Assembly: GCA_017553685.1 (NCBI GenBank)
Contig: JAFZKH010000008.1
Coordinates: 3,256 to 67,255 of the forward strand
DNA from: Bacilli bacterium
GTDB taxonomy: Bacteria; Bacillota_I; Bacilli_A; RF39; UBA660
DNA length: 64,000 nt
Reading direction: 5' to 3'
In this document: one piece after another, positions 35,947-45,957 of the stretch
Position numbering within the stretch: position 1 is the stretch's first letter
Layout: the number at the start of each line of letters is the position of its first letter
Translations under genes and position numbers: made by a program
Notes under the pieces: model-generated
Told to the model about the DNA's origin: nothing
Databases searched by the model: none
Seen by the model: only the letters and a program-made list of their open reading frames with translations

Positions 35947-36927
35947 GTGGTGATTAATGTGGATTATTTTAAGAATATAGGTTTATCTTATACTGGTGAT
36001 TATATAGTACAAGGATCTAATATAGATAAATGTGAAAAATCAGAGAAATTGTCTGCAAAATACACTGAATTATATGTTAGAAAAGATGGTAAAGAATCTA
36101 ATATAGAAGATTTAAAAAAAGTATATCATGGTAAAGTATATTTTCATTTACCTACATTAAGACATGATTTATCTAATTTAAAATCACTTACAAATACAGT
36201 TATAGATCTTGTTAAAGGTGGTATTAAGGATGCTATTATAGATGCATCTACATTACCATTAGATTTATATGATTGGTCTACATCTGATGAACAAGAAGAC
36301 TATATAAGAGCATTATCTAATGGATATGCACAATTAATATCTAATGGTATTAATTTATATATAGAAAATACTAGTAATGATAAAGGAACTTCTTTTTATG
36401 GAAGTAAAGTAGAACATTTATCAGATTTAATCATGTATACTAAAAATACATTATTTAAGAATTATGATTTTCCAAGAGATAAAGTAGAAACATCTATAGG
36501 AGTTTCATTTAATATAACTAAACTATATGATAATGTAGGAGAATACTCTAAATGGTTTAATGTGCTTGGTAATAATATTAAAATTATTAAAGTAGCAGAT
36601 GTAGATAACGCTATATCTATTTTTGATGGTATATTAAATTCAATTAAAGATAATAATATAGTATCTATAATATTACTTCAAACTAATAATGAAATAGAGG
36701 AAGTTAAAAAGAAATATAGAAAGTTTGAATACTTACTTGATATTAAAACTAGTGGTCAAACATTATCTTTAGATAATTATTCTGATATAAATATTAAAGA
36801 TGATAATGAGGAATATAATTTTAGTGCTAATAATCAAAGTGGTTTCTCATCTATAGTTATTATTTGTATGATAATAGCTACTATTTTAGGTGCTGGAATT
36901 ATGCTTTATATTAAGTTTAAAAACTGA
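35947..36927 (+). CDS. hypothetical protein with C-terminal TM helix (start uncertain; GTG at 35947 or 35959)
   Basis: AGGTGG lies at 35943-35948. The C-terminal hydrophobic segment is SIVIICMIIATILGAGIMLYI. Confidence 0.35.
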   Translation: MVINVDYFKNIGLSYTGDYIVQGSNIDKCEKSEKLSAKYTELYVRKDGKESNIEDLKKVYHGKVYFHLPTLRHDLSNLKSLTNTVIDLVKGGIKDAIIDASTLPLDLYDWSTSDEQEDYIRALSNGYAQLISNGINLYIENTSNDKGTSFYGSKVEHLSDLIMYTKNTLFKNYDFPRDKVETSIGVSFNITKLYDNVGEYSKWFNVLGNNIKIIKVADVDNAISIFDGILNSIKDNNIVSIILLQTNNEIEEVKKKYRKFEYLLDIKTSGQTLSLDNYSDINIKDDNEEYNFSANNQSGFSSIVIICMIIATILGAGIMLYIKFKN

Positions 36928-37027
36928 TTTTTAGAGTCAGTTTTTTTGTTACCAAACTTTGACATAAATGCTAAAATATGGTATTATAAAAGAGCTTCAA
37001 AAAAGCGAGAAGTAGGTGAAAAAATCT

Positions 37028-37645
37028 ATGAAATTAGTAAAAAAATTCGAAAAAAAAATTATTGTAGTTTTTACTATTTGCATGGTTTTCTTAATATCTC
37101 TTGCAGTTGTTCTTGGGAACATAGATACAAGAGAGTTAGCTTTATTAAAAGCTGATTTATCAAGCTCAGAAAAGGTAGTATTAGATACTAATACCGAGAT
37201 GAGTAAAAACTCTAATCTAGAGGTTAGACAAATCGTATATGATGGTATGACTTTAAAAGAGTTAGGAGAAAAATTAGAAAGATCTATGCCGGATACTATT
37301 GATGGTTATGGACAGTTCTTAGCTAATCTTTGTATAGAAAAAGGTGTAGACCCATATGTTGCTTTAGGTATTATGTTACTTGAAACAGGATGTAAATGGG
37401 GATGTAGTTCATTAACTAGAAACTGTAACAATGTTGGTGGTATAAAAGGATCACCTAGTTGTGGTGGAGGATCATATAGAAGATGGGATACTATGGAAGC
37501 TGGTATGACTAGTTTCGTAGATAACCTAGCTGGATATTATGCACAAGGTTTAGATACACCTGAGAAAATGAATCCTAAATATGCTGAGTCTAATACTTGG
37601 GCAATGAAAGTAAGAAATTACATGTCACAAATAAGAGCAAAGTAA
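37028..37645 (+). CDS. membrane-anchored cell-wall hydrolase, glucosaminidase/FlgJ-like domain (putative)
   Basis: The start ATG at 37028 follows AGGTGA. An N-terminal TM is followed by QFLANLCIEKGVDPYVALGIMLLETGCKWG..., which resembles mannosyl-glycoprotein endo-beta-N-acetylglucosaminidase-like domains. Confidence 0.4.
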   Translation: MKLVKKFEKKIIVVFTICMVFLISLAVVLGNIDTRELALLKADLSSSEKVVLDTNTEMSKNSNLEVRQIVYDGMTLKELGEKLERSMPDTIDGYGQFLANLCIEKGVDPYVALGIMLLETGCKWGCSSLTRNCNNVGGIKGSPSCGGGSYRRWDTMEAGMTSFVDNLAGYYAQGLDTPEKMNPKYAESNTWAMKVRNYMSQIRAK

Positions 37646-37689
37646 TGCTCTTATTTTTATTTTGTGTTATAATTTTATTAGGTGGTTAT

Positions 37690-38685
37690 ATGAATCAAGA
37701 TAATAAAAGTAGAAATATTTTTACTTTAATAGTAGTAGTTTTATTTTTGATATTTTCATACTATTTAATAAAGAGTTTTTTTGAGGAAAAGACTCCAGAT
37801 AATACATATACTCCAGGTTCTTTTTCATTTGTTTTTAATACTAATGAAATAGATGATAAATTAATGTATGACGAAAATAGAACAGTTAAAGTAGTTAAAA
37901 ATAGTAATTATACTGATGCTACAGGGGATATTAAGAGTAAATTATTCTTAAAGTCATCTAAAATAGATTATTATTTTGATAGTATTAAAATATCTATAGA
38001 TAATAAAGACTATATAGATGTATATAGAATTGATAAAGATTCAATAAGATTAGTTATATTAGGAACAGATTTAAATTACTATAAAATAGATTTATATATT
38101 GGTATTAATACTGATGAAATGGATATAAATGATAAATCATGGAAAGATTTAGGAAAAAATATTGCATGTATATATCCATGCCAATACTATAAAGTCATTA
38201 ATGATAAATATAGTATTTTTATTGAATTTCCAAAAGTTATAAATGAAGAAAAGTATCCTAAAGAAGAATACAATAAACTTGTTAATAAGATAAAGAAAAT
38301 AGTAAGAATAGAGGAAATTAATAATGAATCATATTATGTTTTATATAATAGTGATATAAAACTAAATGATAATGTAACTCTTTTATTAAAGGATAAGAAG
38401 ATAGATACATATTATTCAAAAATGAATAGTGATTATTCATTAACATATTTATCATATTACAATCAAAATAATGAATTAATTAATATTAATGAAATAGATA
38501 ATATTGATAATTATTTAAAGACTGTTAATGTAGTAGGAGAATTTAATTATAAAGATTATAATGTTAAGTCATTAGATAATAATTCAATTATTATTGAAAT
38601 TGATAATAAATATTATTTAATAAATAATAATAGGAATATATCTGACTTAAATACATATTTAGATGGAATATTAGAAATAGAGTAA
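37690..38685 (+). CDS. hypothetical N-terminally anchored extracytoplasmic protein
   Basis: The start ATG at 37690 follows AGGTGG. Signal anchor FTLIVVVLFLIFSYYLI. The body is Asn/Tyr/Asp-rich. Confidence 0.35.
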   Translation: MNQDNKSRNIFTLIVVVLFLIFSYYLIKSFFEEKTPDNTYTPGSFSFVFNTNEIDDKLMYDENRTVKVVKNSNYTDATGDIKSKLFLKSSKIDYYFDSIKISIDNKDYIDVYRIDKDSIRLVILGTDLNYYKIDLYIGINTDEMDINDKSWKDLGKNIACIYPCQYYKVINDKYSIFIEFPKVINEEKYPKEEYNKLVNKIKKIVRIEEINNESYYVLYNSDIKLNDNVTLLLKDKKIDTYYSKMNSDYSLTYLSYYNQNNELININEIDNIDNYLKTVNVVGEFNYKDYNVKSLDNNSIIIEIDNKYYLINNNRNISDLNTYLDGILEIE

Positions 38686-38737
38686 AGTATTACTCTTTTT
38701 CTTTTACCATGATATAATATTTGAAAAGGAAAATAAT

Positions 38738-39616
38738 ATGATGAATGGAATATTAGTTGTTAATAAAGAAAAAGATTTAACTAGTAGAGATGTAGTTAAT
38801 AAACTATGTCATATTTTTAATACTAAAAAAGTAGGACACACTGGTACATTGGATCCAATAGCTACTGGTGTTTTAGTAGTGGTTCTAGGTTCTTCTTTAA
38901 AGATAGTAGATTATATAACATCTTTAGATAAAGAATATATAGCTAAAGTAAAACTAGGTATTAATACAGATACTTTAGATATAACAGGAAATGTATTAGA
39001 AGAAAAAGAAGTAAATATAACTAATGAAGATATAGATAAAGTATTAAAGGAGTTTCCACAGGATTATGATATGGAAGTTCCTATATACTCTGCTATTAAA
39101 GTTAATGGTAAAAAGCTATATGAATATGCTAGAAATAATATTCCTGTAGAACTTCCACATCATATAGTTAAAATATATTCTTTAGAAAGAATAAGTGATA
39201 TTAAAGATAATAGTTTTTATATTAAATGTCATGTTAGTAAAGGAACTTATATAAGAAGTTTAATTAGAGATATATGTAAGAATCTAAATACTGTTGGTGT
39301 AATGGAAGAACTACAAAGAACTAAACAAGGTAAATTTACTATAGAAGAATCATATACTCTAGATGATATAGAAAAAGGTAATTATAAATTACTTAATATG
39401 ATAGATGTACTAGATTTACCTAAAGTAGAAATAGATAATCTAGAGTTATTAAAGAAAGTAACTAATGGTAATAAATTAACTAATATATATAATTATCCGG
39501 AATTTATATTTACATATAACAATGAAGTGATAGCAATATATAAAGAGGAAAATGATATCGTAAAACCTGTAAAGGTATTTAACAGTAGTATTGAATCTCT
39601 AATAAAAGCAAATTAA
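38738..39616 (+). CDS. truB: tRNA pseudouridine(55) synthase TruB
   Basis: GILVVNKEKDLTSRDVVNKL...GHTGTLDPIATGVLVV gives the TruB catalytic Asp motif. Confidence 0.85.
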   Translation: MMNGILVVNKEKDLTSRDVVNKLCHIFNTKKVGHTGTLDPIATGVLVVVLGSSLKIVDYITSLDKEYIAKVKLGINTDTLDITGNVLEEKEVNITNEDIDKVLKEFPQDYDMEVPIYSAIKVNGKKLYEYARNNIPVELPHHIVKIYSLERISDIKDNSFYIKCHVSKGTYIRSLIRDICKNLNTVGVMEELQRTKQGKFTIEESYTLDDIEKGNYKLLNMIDVLDLPKVEIDNLELLKKVTNGNKLTNIYNYPEFIFTYNNEVIAIYKEENDIVKPVKVFNSSIESLIKAN

Positions 39617-39638
39617 AATAATATTAGAGGTAATGCGT

Positions 39639-39953
39639 ATGTATATAGATTTAATTGTAATAGTATTAATAATAATTGCAGTAGTATTCTTCTTTAGAAG
39701 ATTTTCATCATTTGTATATGCTGTATGTGGATTAGATATTTTATTTAGATTATTTCACTTTTTAGCAGATAATCTACATTTAAAAGATGTTAGTAATATA
39801 ATATATAAATATATACCAGCTTCAGTAGCATCTATGGTAGGAAGATATACAGGAACTCATGGAATAATTTATTTAATTGTATGCTGGGCTATGTTTGTAT
39901 TATATGCGATATTATTATTCTATATTATAAGAATTTTAATTAAGAGAAAATAG
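39639..39953 (+). CDS. small hypothetical membrane protein
   Basis: Two or three predicted TM helices. AGAGGT lies 9 nt upstream of the ATG at 39639. Confidence 0.3.
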   Translation: MYIDLIVIVLIIIAVVFFFRRFSSFVYAVCGLDILFRLFHFLADNLHLKDVSNIIYKYIPASVASMVGRYTGTHGIIYLIVCWAMFVLYAILLFYIIRILIKRK

Positions 39954-40001
39954 AGTGTGTTAACACTCTTTTTTTGTTATAATTAATTAGAGGTGTTAAT
40001 T

Positions 40002-40376
40002 ATGTTTTGTACAAATTGTGGAACTAAAATAGAAGAGGGAGCAGTTTTTTGCACTGAATGTGGAACTAAAGTAGATCAAGATACTGAAGTTAAAACTGTT
40101 AAAATAAAAGTAATTAGAGAGAAAAGAACAATGGGATTTGCTATACCATTTCCTGTATATATAGATGGAGAAAAAGTAGCTACATTATCTAATGGTGCTA
40201 TGGTAGAAGTAGATTCTACTTCAGGACATCATTTAGTAGAATTTGTATGTGCAGATGGTAATGTTAAACAAGAAATTGATATACCAAAAGATCATGAATG
40301 TGTTGAAATAAAGTTTAGAACATGTATGGGTTTAATAGCAGCTTCTGCAAAAATTACAAGTATTGAATATAAGTAA
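40002..40376 (+). CDS. zinc-ribbon domain protein
   Basis: MFCTNCGTKIEEGAVFCTECGTKV is a double CxxC zinc ribbon. RBS AGGTG. Confidence 0.4.
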   Translation: MFCTNCGTKIEEGAVFCTECGTKVDQDTEVKTVKIKVIREKRTMGFAIPFPVYIDGEKVATLSNGAMVEVDSTSGHHLVEFVCADGNVKQEIDIPKDHECVEIKFRTCMGLIAASAKITSIEYK

Positions 40377-40422
40377 TTGACAATAACTATCTAAAGTGTT
40401 ATTCTTGTTCTACGGGAGAAAA

Positions 40423-41121
40423 ATGAAGATGGCAGAATATTGTAGATTTTATGAAAAAGATAAAGATGGGAATGAAACAAAAGATAATAAATGTTACGCT
40501 AAATCAGATGAACCAAAGGATGTAGATAAAGAAACATTAAGATGGCTTTGTGGAGATCGTAATTGTGCATGGTCAAATTGTAAGCGTTATAATCGTGATG
40601 TTCCAAGAGATAAGGATGGTTACAATGTGGCTACAGCAACTTTTATGAGATTAGAAAGAAGAGATAGTGTAGTTTTAAAAACAATTAAATCATTAATAGA
40701 TAATGAATTAAGAACTAAAGAAGAATATAAAGACTTTAATAAGATTTATTCAGGAGATGAAGGATCAACTGCTATAGGAGCTTTCCTTGCAGGTCAAATC
40801 TATCCTGATGCTGGAGTAACAAAGAAAGTAAATGGTATAGATAAAAATTATAATAGGATTAATAAAATCTATTCTAAATTGCTAGAAATAGCTAGTCTTT
40901 ATAATTGTGGTGATACTGAAGAAGAAAAAGAAGCTGCTAGAGATTTAGCAGCTAAAAGATATATTTTGTTAGTATTAAAACTTGTAAAAGAATATGGACT
41001 TGAAAAAGAATATAGAGAATATAGAGATAACAATACTGGATATAGACAAAAAAACTTTGCAAAAACTTATACTAATTATGTAAATAAACATAAACAAAAT
41101 AATACAAAAACACTTGATTAA
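40423..41121 (+). CDS. hypothetical protein
   Basis: Start at ATG 40423 (GGGAGA RBS) or 40429. It contains C..C / C..C cysteine pairs in the N-terminal region (CYAKSD...CGDRNCAWSNCKRY). Confidence 0.3.
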   Translation: MKMAEYCRFYEKDKDGNETKDNKCYAKSDEPKDVDKETLRWLCGDRNCAWSNCKRYNRDVPRDKDGYNVATATFMRLERRDSVVLKTIKSLIDNELRTKEEYKDFNKIYSGDEGSTAIGAFLAGQIYPDAGVTKKVNGIDKNYNRINKIYSKLLEIASLYNCGDTEEEKEAARDLAAKRYILLVLKLVKEYGLEKEYREYRDNNTGYRQKNFAKTYTNYVNKHKQNNTKTLD

Positions 41122-41225
41122 TACTAGTTTTGTGTTATAATCTATTACGTACCTTGTACTTGGTGTATGGAAACTCCAACCTATAACTAAGTATTTGGCG
41201 AATTATAAGAAAGGAGAAATTAATT

Positions 41226-41495
41226 ATGGCTTTAAAAGCAGAAAAGAAACAAGAAATTATTAAAAAGTATGGATTAAATGATAAAGATACTGGTTCTGCT
41301 GAAGTACAAATTGCTTTATTAACTGAAGAAATTAATACTTTAACTGAACATTTAAAAACTAATATTCATGATTTCCATTCAAAAAGAGGTTTACTTAGAA
41401 AAGTTGGTAAACGTAAAAATATGCTTGAATATCTAAAGAGAACTGATATCAATAGATATAGAGAAATTATTAATAAATTAGGTTTAAGAAAATAA
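41226..41495 (+). CDS. rpsO: 30S ribosomal protein S15
   Basis: 89 aa; ...[48 protein letters not shown]... RBS AAGGAGA. Confidence 0.9.
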   Translation: MALKAEKKQEIIKKYGLNDKDTGSAEVQIALLTEEINTLTEHLKTNIHDFHSKRGLLRKVGKRKNMLEYLKRTDINRYREIINKLGLRK

Positions 41496-41499
41496 AACA

Positions 41500-41533
41500 C
41501 TTTTATAGTGTTTTTTCTTTTATTTTGTGATAG
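41500..41533 (+). terminator. rho-independent terminator/attenuator between rpsO and pnp
   Basis: AACACT ttat AGTGTT followed by TTTTCTTTTATTTT. Confidence 0.55.
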
Positions 41534-41587
41534 AATAGTCTTTGTAAGAGGAAAAAAGAAAGAGGATTTTAAGAAAGAGGAAAAAAG

Positions 41588-43756
41588 ATGAGTAAGAAAA
41601 TATTTGAAATGGATTTTCGTGGAAGAAAATTAATAGTTGAAAATGGAGAGTATGCTAAACAAGCACATGGTAGTGTTTTAGTTAGATATGGAGATACTGT
41701 AATACTATCTACAGTAGTAGTATCACCTAATGCTAATATACTTAGTGATTTCTTTCCATTAATGGTTTTATACCAAGAAAAATTATATTCAGTAGGTAAA
41801 ATACCTGGTGGATTTATTAAAAGAGAAGGTAGACCAACAGATGCTGCTACATTAGCTGCTAGAATGATTGATAGACCTATGAGACCTATGTTCCCAGAAG
41901 ACTTTAGAAATGAAGTACAAGTTGTTAATACTGTATTATCAGTTGATCCTGATTATTCACCAGAATTAACTGCTATGTTTGGTTCTTCACTTTGTACATC
42001 AATATCTAAGATTCCATTTGATGGACCAATAGCTGGTGTTAAAGTAGGTAGAGTAAATGGAGAATTTATTATTAATCCAACTCCAGCAGAATTAGAAGAA
42101 TCTGATATAGATTTAACAGTAGCTGGTACTAAGGAAGCTATCAACATGGTTGAAGCTGGTTCTAAAGAAGTATCTGAAGAAGATATGTTAGAAGCCTTAA
42201 TGTTTGGTCATGAAGCCGTTAAAGAATTATGTGAATTCCAAGAAAAGATTATTAGTGAAATTGGACAAGAAAAGATGGAATATGAACATCTTGAAATATC
42301 TGATGAATTAAAGAATGAAATTAAAGAGTTAGCTTCTGATAAATTAGATGCTGCTTTAAGAATAAAAGAAAAATTAGCTAAATATGAAGCTATTGATAAT
42401 GTAAAAGCTGAAGTAGTAGCTAAATATGAAGAAGAAAATGCTGATTTAGATAAAGATGCATTAGTAGAATTAATTACTAAAGTTAAATTAGTTCTTGAAT
42501 CAATTGAATATGATTTATTTAGATCTATTACAGTTAATGAAAAGACTAGATCTGATGGTAGAAAGATGGATGAAATTAGACCATTATCTACTGAAATAGA
42601 TATATTACCTAGAACTCATGGTTCTGCAGTATTTACAAGAGGAGAAACTCAAGCATTAGCTGTTACTACTCTTGGTGCATTAAATGAATATCAAGCATTA
42701 GATGGATTAAGCCTAGAAGCTGAAAAACATTTCATGCTTCATTATAACTTCCCACAATTCTCAGTAGGAGAAACAGGAAGATATGGTAGTCCAGGAAGAA
42801 GAGAGATTGGACATGGTGCTCTTGGTGAAAGATGTTTAAAACAAGTTATGCCATCTGAAGAAGAGTTCCCATATACAGTTAGAGTTGTTTCTGAAATATT
42901 AGAATCTAATGGTTCTAGTTCACAAGCTACTATCTGTGCTGGCTGTATGTCATTAATGGCTGCTGGTGTTCCAATTAAAGCTCCAGTTGCTGGTATTGCT
43001 ATGGGTCTTATCACATCATCAAATGGAAAAGATTATACAATCTTAACTGATATCCAAGGTATGGAAGATCACCTTGGTGATATGGACTTTAAAGTAGGTG
43101 GAACAAGAAAAGGTATTTGTTCACTACAAATGGATATCAAAATTAAAGGTATTACAAAACAAATATTAAAAGAAGCTTTAGCACAAGCTAAGAAAGCTAG
43201 ATTTGAAATCTTAGATGTTATGGAAAAACAAATTCCAGCACCTAGAGAAGACGTTTCTAAATATGCTCCAAAAACTGATACATTTATGATTAATCCATCT
43301 AGAATTAAAGATGTTATTGGTAAAGGTGGAGAAATGATTACTAAGATTATATTAGAGGCTTCTAATGTAAATTCTGTTAGTGATATAAATGCTGTTAAAG
43401 TAGATATAGATGATGATGGAAGAGTAATTATTTATCATACTGATAGAGATGTTATAAATAAAACTAAAGATATGATCTTAAACTGTGTTAAAGAAGTTGA
43501 AATAGGTAAGATTTATGAAGGTACTGTAGTTAAAGTTGAAGACTATGGATGCTTTGTTAACTTATGGGAAGGATTAGATGGATTTGTACATGTTTCACAA
43601 CTTGCAAATGAAAGAGTAGAAAAACCATCTGATGTAGTTTCTGTAGGAGATGAAATCTTAGTTAAAGCTACTGGTTTTGATAAGAGAGGTAAACTTAACT
43701 TATCTAGAAAAGAAGCTTTAAATCCTGAATCAAAAGATAAAAAAGATAGTGAATAA
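41588..43756 (+). CDS. pnp: polyribonucleotide nucleotidyltransferase (PNPase)
   Basis: 722 aa with two RNase PH domains, KH ([10 protein letters not shown]) and S1 ([14 protein letters not shown]) domains. Confidence 0.95.
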   Translation: MSKKIFEMDFRGRKLIVENGEYAKQAHGSVLVRYGDTVILSTVVVSPNANILSDFFPLMVLYQEKLYSVGKIPGGFIKREGRPTDAATLAARMIDRPMRPMFPEDFRNEVQVVNTVLSVDPDYSPELTAMFGSSLCTSISKIPFDGPIAGVKVGRVNGEFIINPTPAELEESDIDLTVAGTKEAINMVEAGSKEVSEEDMLEALMFGHEAVKELCEFQEKIISEIGQEKMEYEHLEISDELKNEIKELASDKLDAALRIKEKLAKYEAIDNVKAEVVAKYEEENADLDKDALVELITKVKLVLESIEYDLFRSITVNEKTRSDGRKMDEIRPLSTEIDILPRTHGSAVFTRGETQALAVTTLGALNEYQALDGLSLEAEKHFMLHYNFPQFSVGETGRYGSPGRREIGHGALGERCLKQVMPSEEEFPYTVRVVSEILESNGSSSQATICAGCMSLMAAGVPIKAPVAGIAMGLITSSNGKDYTILTDIQGMEDHLGDMDFKVGGTRKGICSLQMDIKIKGITKQILKEALAQAKKARFEILDVMEKQIPAPREDVSKYAPKTDTFMINPSRIKDVIGKGGEMITKIILEASNVNSVSDINAVKVDIDDDGRVIIYHTDRDVINKTKDMILNCVKEVEIGKIYEGTVVKVEDYGCFVNLWEGLDGFVHVSQLANERVEKPSDVVSVGDEILVKATGFDKRGKLNLSRKEALNPESKDKKDSE

Positions 43757-43847
43757 TCACTATCTTTTATTTTGACTTTTAAATATAATTGTGATATTAT
43801 GAAGGTGTGAAGAAAACTTCATAAAAAAAGGATACATTTGATTGCGT

Positions 43848-43914
43848 GAATCAGATGTAATCCCTTGATGGATCATCTGATATCAACAGTTGTTGATTCA
43901 GATGTTTTTATTTC
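43848..43914 (+). terminator. pnp terminator region with alternative pairing (GAATCAGATG / CATCTGAT / TCAGATG)
   Basis: The terminator hairpin CATCTGATATCAACAG/TTGTTGATTCAGATG (43874-43904) is followed by TTTTTATTT. An upstream copy GAATCAGATG (43848-43857) can pair with the same CATCTGAT, offering an alternative structure. Confidence 0.5.
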
Positions 43915-44108
43915 TATTTCAAAAAAATATAATACATAAGTATAAATATAATTATGAATAGAAGGAGTATAATGAAAAATAGAGATTGTTCTCTTTTTGA
44001 CATTTTACCACCTCCCTTCTAAGTTGAAGGGAAAACACCTGATATATATCAAATGTATCCAATTCCATTATAGCAAACACATGTATAATTTCAATAGTTT
44101 TTTTGTTA

Positions 44109-44149
44109 AAAAATAAGAAAAAGTAGTGATTATTTATCACTACTTTTTA
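44109..44149. terminator. bidirectional terminator overlapping the rnj stop codon
   Basis: AGTAGTGAT tattt ATCACTACT with A-run upstream and T-run downstream. On the minus strand it reads hairpin + UUUUUCUUAUUUUUU. Confidence 0.6.
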
Positions 44150-45815
44150 TATCCATAATAACAGGCATAATAATAGGTTTTCTACCTGTTTTTTCTATTA
44201 TGAAATCATTAACATCAGTTATTATTTTATTTTTTAAATCAGCTATGTTAAATCTCTTATTGTTTAATTCTCTTTTTATAACTTCTTCAGCTTTATTTTC
44301 TATTTGAGTTAGTAATTCCTCATTCTCATTTACTAATACAAATCCTCTTGTTGCTTGATTTACTTTACCAAGAAGTTTTTTCTTTTTAATATCTATGTTA
44401 CATACTAGAACTAGTATTCCATCATTAGACATTATTTTTCTATCTTTTATAACTGCTCCACCAACATCACCAATTCTATTACCATCAACATATATATCAT
44501 AGCAAGGAAATGATCCTGCTCTTTTACATACACCGTTTTTAATAGATAATATTTCACCATTCATCATTGGGAATATATTTTCTTTTGGCATTTTACATGC
44601 GATAGCTAATTCTTCATGTTTTCTTAAGTATCTGTAATCACCATGTATAGGCATTAAGTATTTTGGTTTTATTAATCTTAGCATTAACTTTAATTCCTCT
44701 TGATTACCATGTCCTGATGAATGGATATCACTTAAGATTGAATTAGTATATGTTTTAATACCGTTTAGAGCTAGTTTATTAAGTGTATTAGCTACTGCTT
44801 CAGCATTACCTTGAATAGGTGATGATGAGAATATAACTATATCACTTGGAACTAATTTAATTTGTTTATGAGTACCATTAGCCATTCTAGAAAGGGCTGC
44901 TAAAGGTTCTCCTTGAGTACCAGTACAAAGTATACATACTTCTTCAGGTTTTAAATTATTAGATTCTTCAGGAGAAATAATAGTACCATTATTTTCTATA
45001 TATCCTAATTGAATAGCTATTTCAACCTGAGTTTGCATACTTCTTCCAAATAGTACAACTTTTCTATTATTTCTTTTTGCAGTCTCTATAATATGTTTTA
45101 ATCTATAAACATTTGATGCAAAAGTTGCTACTATTATTCTTCCGTTTTGTCTTCTAAATAAGTCTGATAAAGCTTCGTCAACTTTAGATTCAGATAGAGA
45201 TACTCCTTCTCTTTCAACATTAGTACTTTCATTCATTAAAAGAGTAACTCCTTCAGAAGATATTTTAGCCATCTTTTGTAAGTTAGCCATAGGACCAATA
45301 GGAGTCATATCAAACTTATAATCTCCTGATTCTACAATAATTCCATCTGGAGTTCTAACTACAATAGAATAGCTATCTGGAATAGAGTGGTTAACTGATA
45401 TAAACTCAACTTCCATATTTTTAAACTTGTATTTATCTTTTTCAGAATAAACAATAATATTATCATATCTGATATTTCTGTCTGCTAATTTCTTTTTAAT
45501 TAGGTTTGCAGCTTGATTAGGCGCATAAATCGCAGGTATTTTAACAGTTTGAAGTAAGAAAGGTATACTTCCTATATGATCTTCATGTCCGTGTGTAATA
45601 AATAACCCTTTTATTTTAGATTCATTCTCTTTTAAAAATGAGAAGTCAGGTATAACATAATCAATACCGAGTAAATCAGCCTCTGGAAATAAAACACCAG
45701 AGTCAATTATAATAAGTTCATTTCCATGCATTATACAATACATGTTTTTTCCAACTTCTCCAAGACCACCAAGCGCAAATACTTTTGTATCAGTATTATT
45801 TTCAAAAAATTTCAT
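44130..45815 (-). CDS. rnj: ribonuclease J (metallo-beta-lactamase/beta-CASP RNase)
   Basis: MKFFENNTDTKVFALGGLGEVGKNMY...HGHEDHIG. Length 561 aa. RBS AAAGGAAA. Upstream (plus coordinates 45898-45926), TTGACA-17-TATCAT belongs to the plus-strand gene at 45958. Confidence 0.9.
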   Translation of the reverse strand: MKFFENNTDTKVFALGGLGEVGKNMYCIMHGNELIIIDSGVLFPEADLLGIDYVIPDFSFLKENESKIKGLFITHGHEDHIGSIPFLLQTVKIPAIYAPNQAANLIKKKLADRNIRYDNIIVYSEKDKYKFKNMEVEFISVNHSIPDSYSIVVRTPDGIIVESGDYKFDMTPIGPMANLQKMAKISSEGVTLLMNESTNVEREGVSLSESKVDEALSDLFRRQNGRIIVATFASNVYRLKHIIETAKRNNRKVVLFGRSMQTQVEIAIQLGYIENNGTIISPEESNNLKPEEVCILCTGTQGEPLAALSRMANGTHKQIKLVPSDIVIFSSSPIQGNAEAVANTLNKLALNGIKTYTNSILSDIHSSGHGNQEELKLMLRLIKPKYLMPIHGDYRYLRKHEELAIACKMPKENIFPMMNGEILSIKNGVCKRAGSFPCYDIYVDGNRIGDVGGAVIKDRKIMSNDGILVLVCNIDIKKKKLLGKVNQATRGFVLVNENEELLTQIENKAEEVIKRELNNKRFNIADLKNKIITDVNDFIIEKTGRKPIIMPVIMDIKSSDK

Positions 45816-45957
45816 ATTATTTCCTTTCTACCAAAATACAAAGTTAATGCGTTTCATAAATAACATTATATACTACTTTTAAAAAAAGGGCAAATAATTT
45901 GACAAAAAAGGGCCTTAATGGTATCATATACCGCATGTTTCAAAGGGGGAAATACAA

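Noticed and set aside
36946-37155. 69-aa ORF upstream of, and overlapping, the glucosaminidase-like gene
   Set aside because: No RBS. It overlaps the terminator of the previous gene and the better-supported ATG at 37028, which is preceded by AGGTGA.
43952-44140. 62-aa minus-strand ORF in the pnp-rnj spacer
   Set aside because: It overlaps the rnj terminator and stop region, with no RBS and low-complexity translation. The region is better explained by terminator structures.
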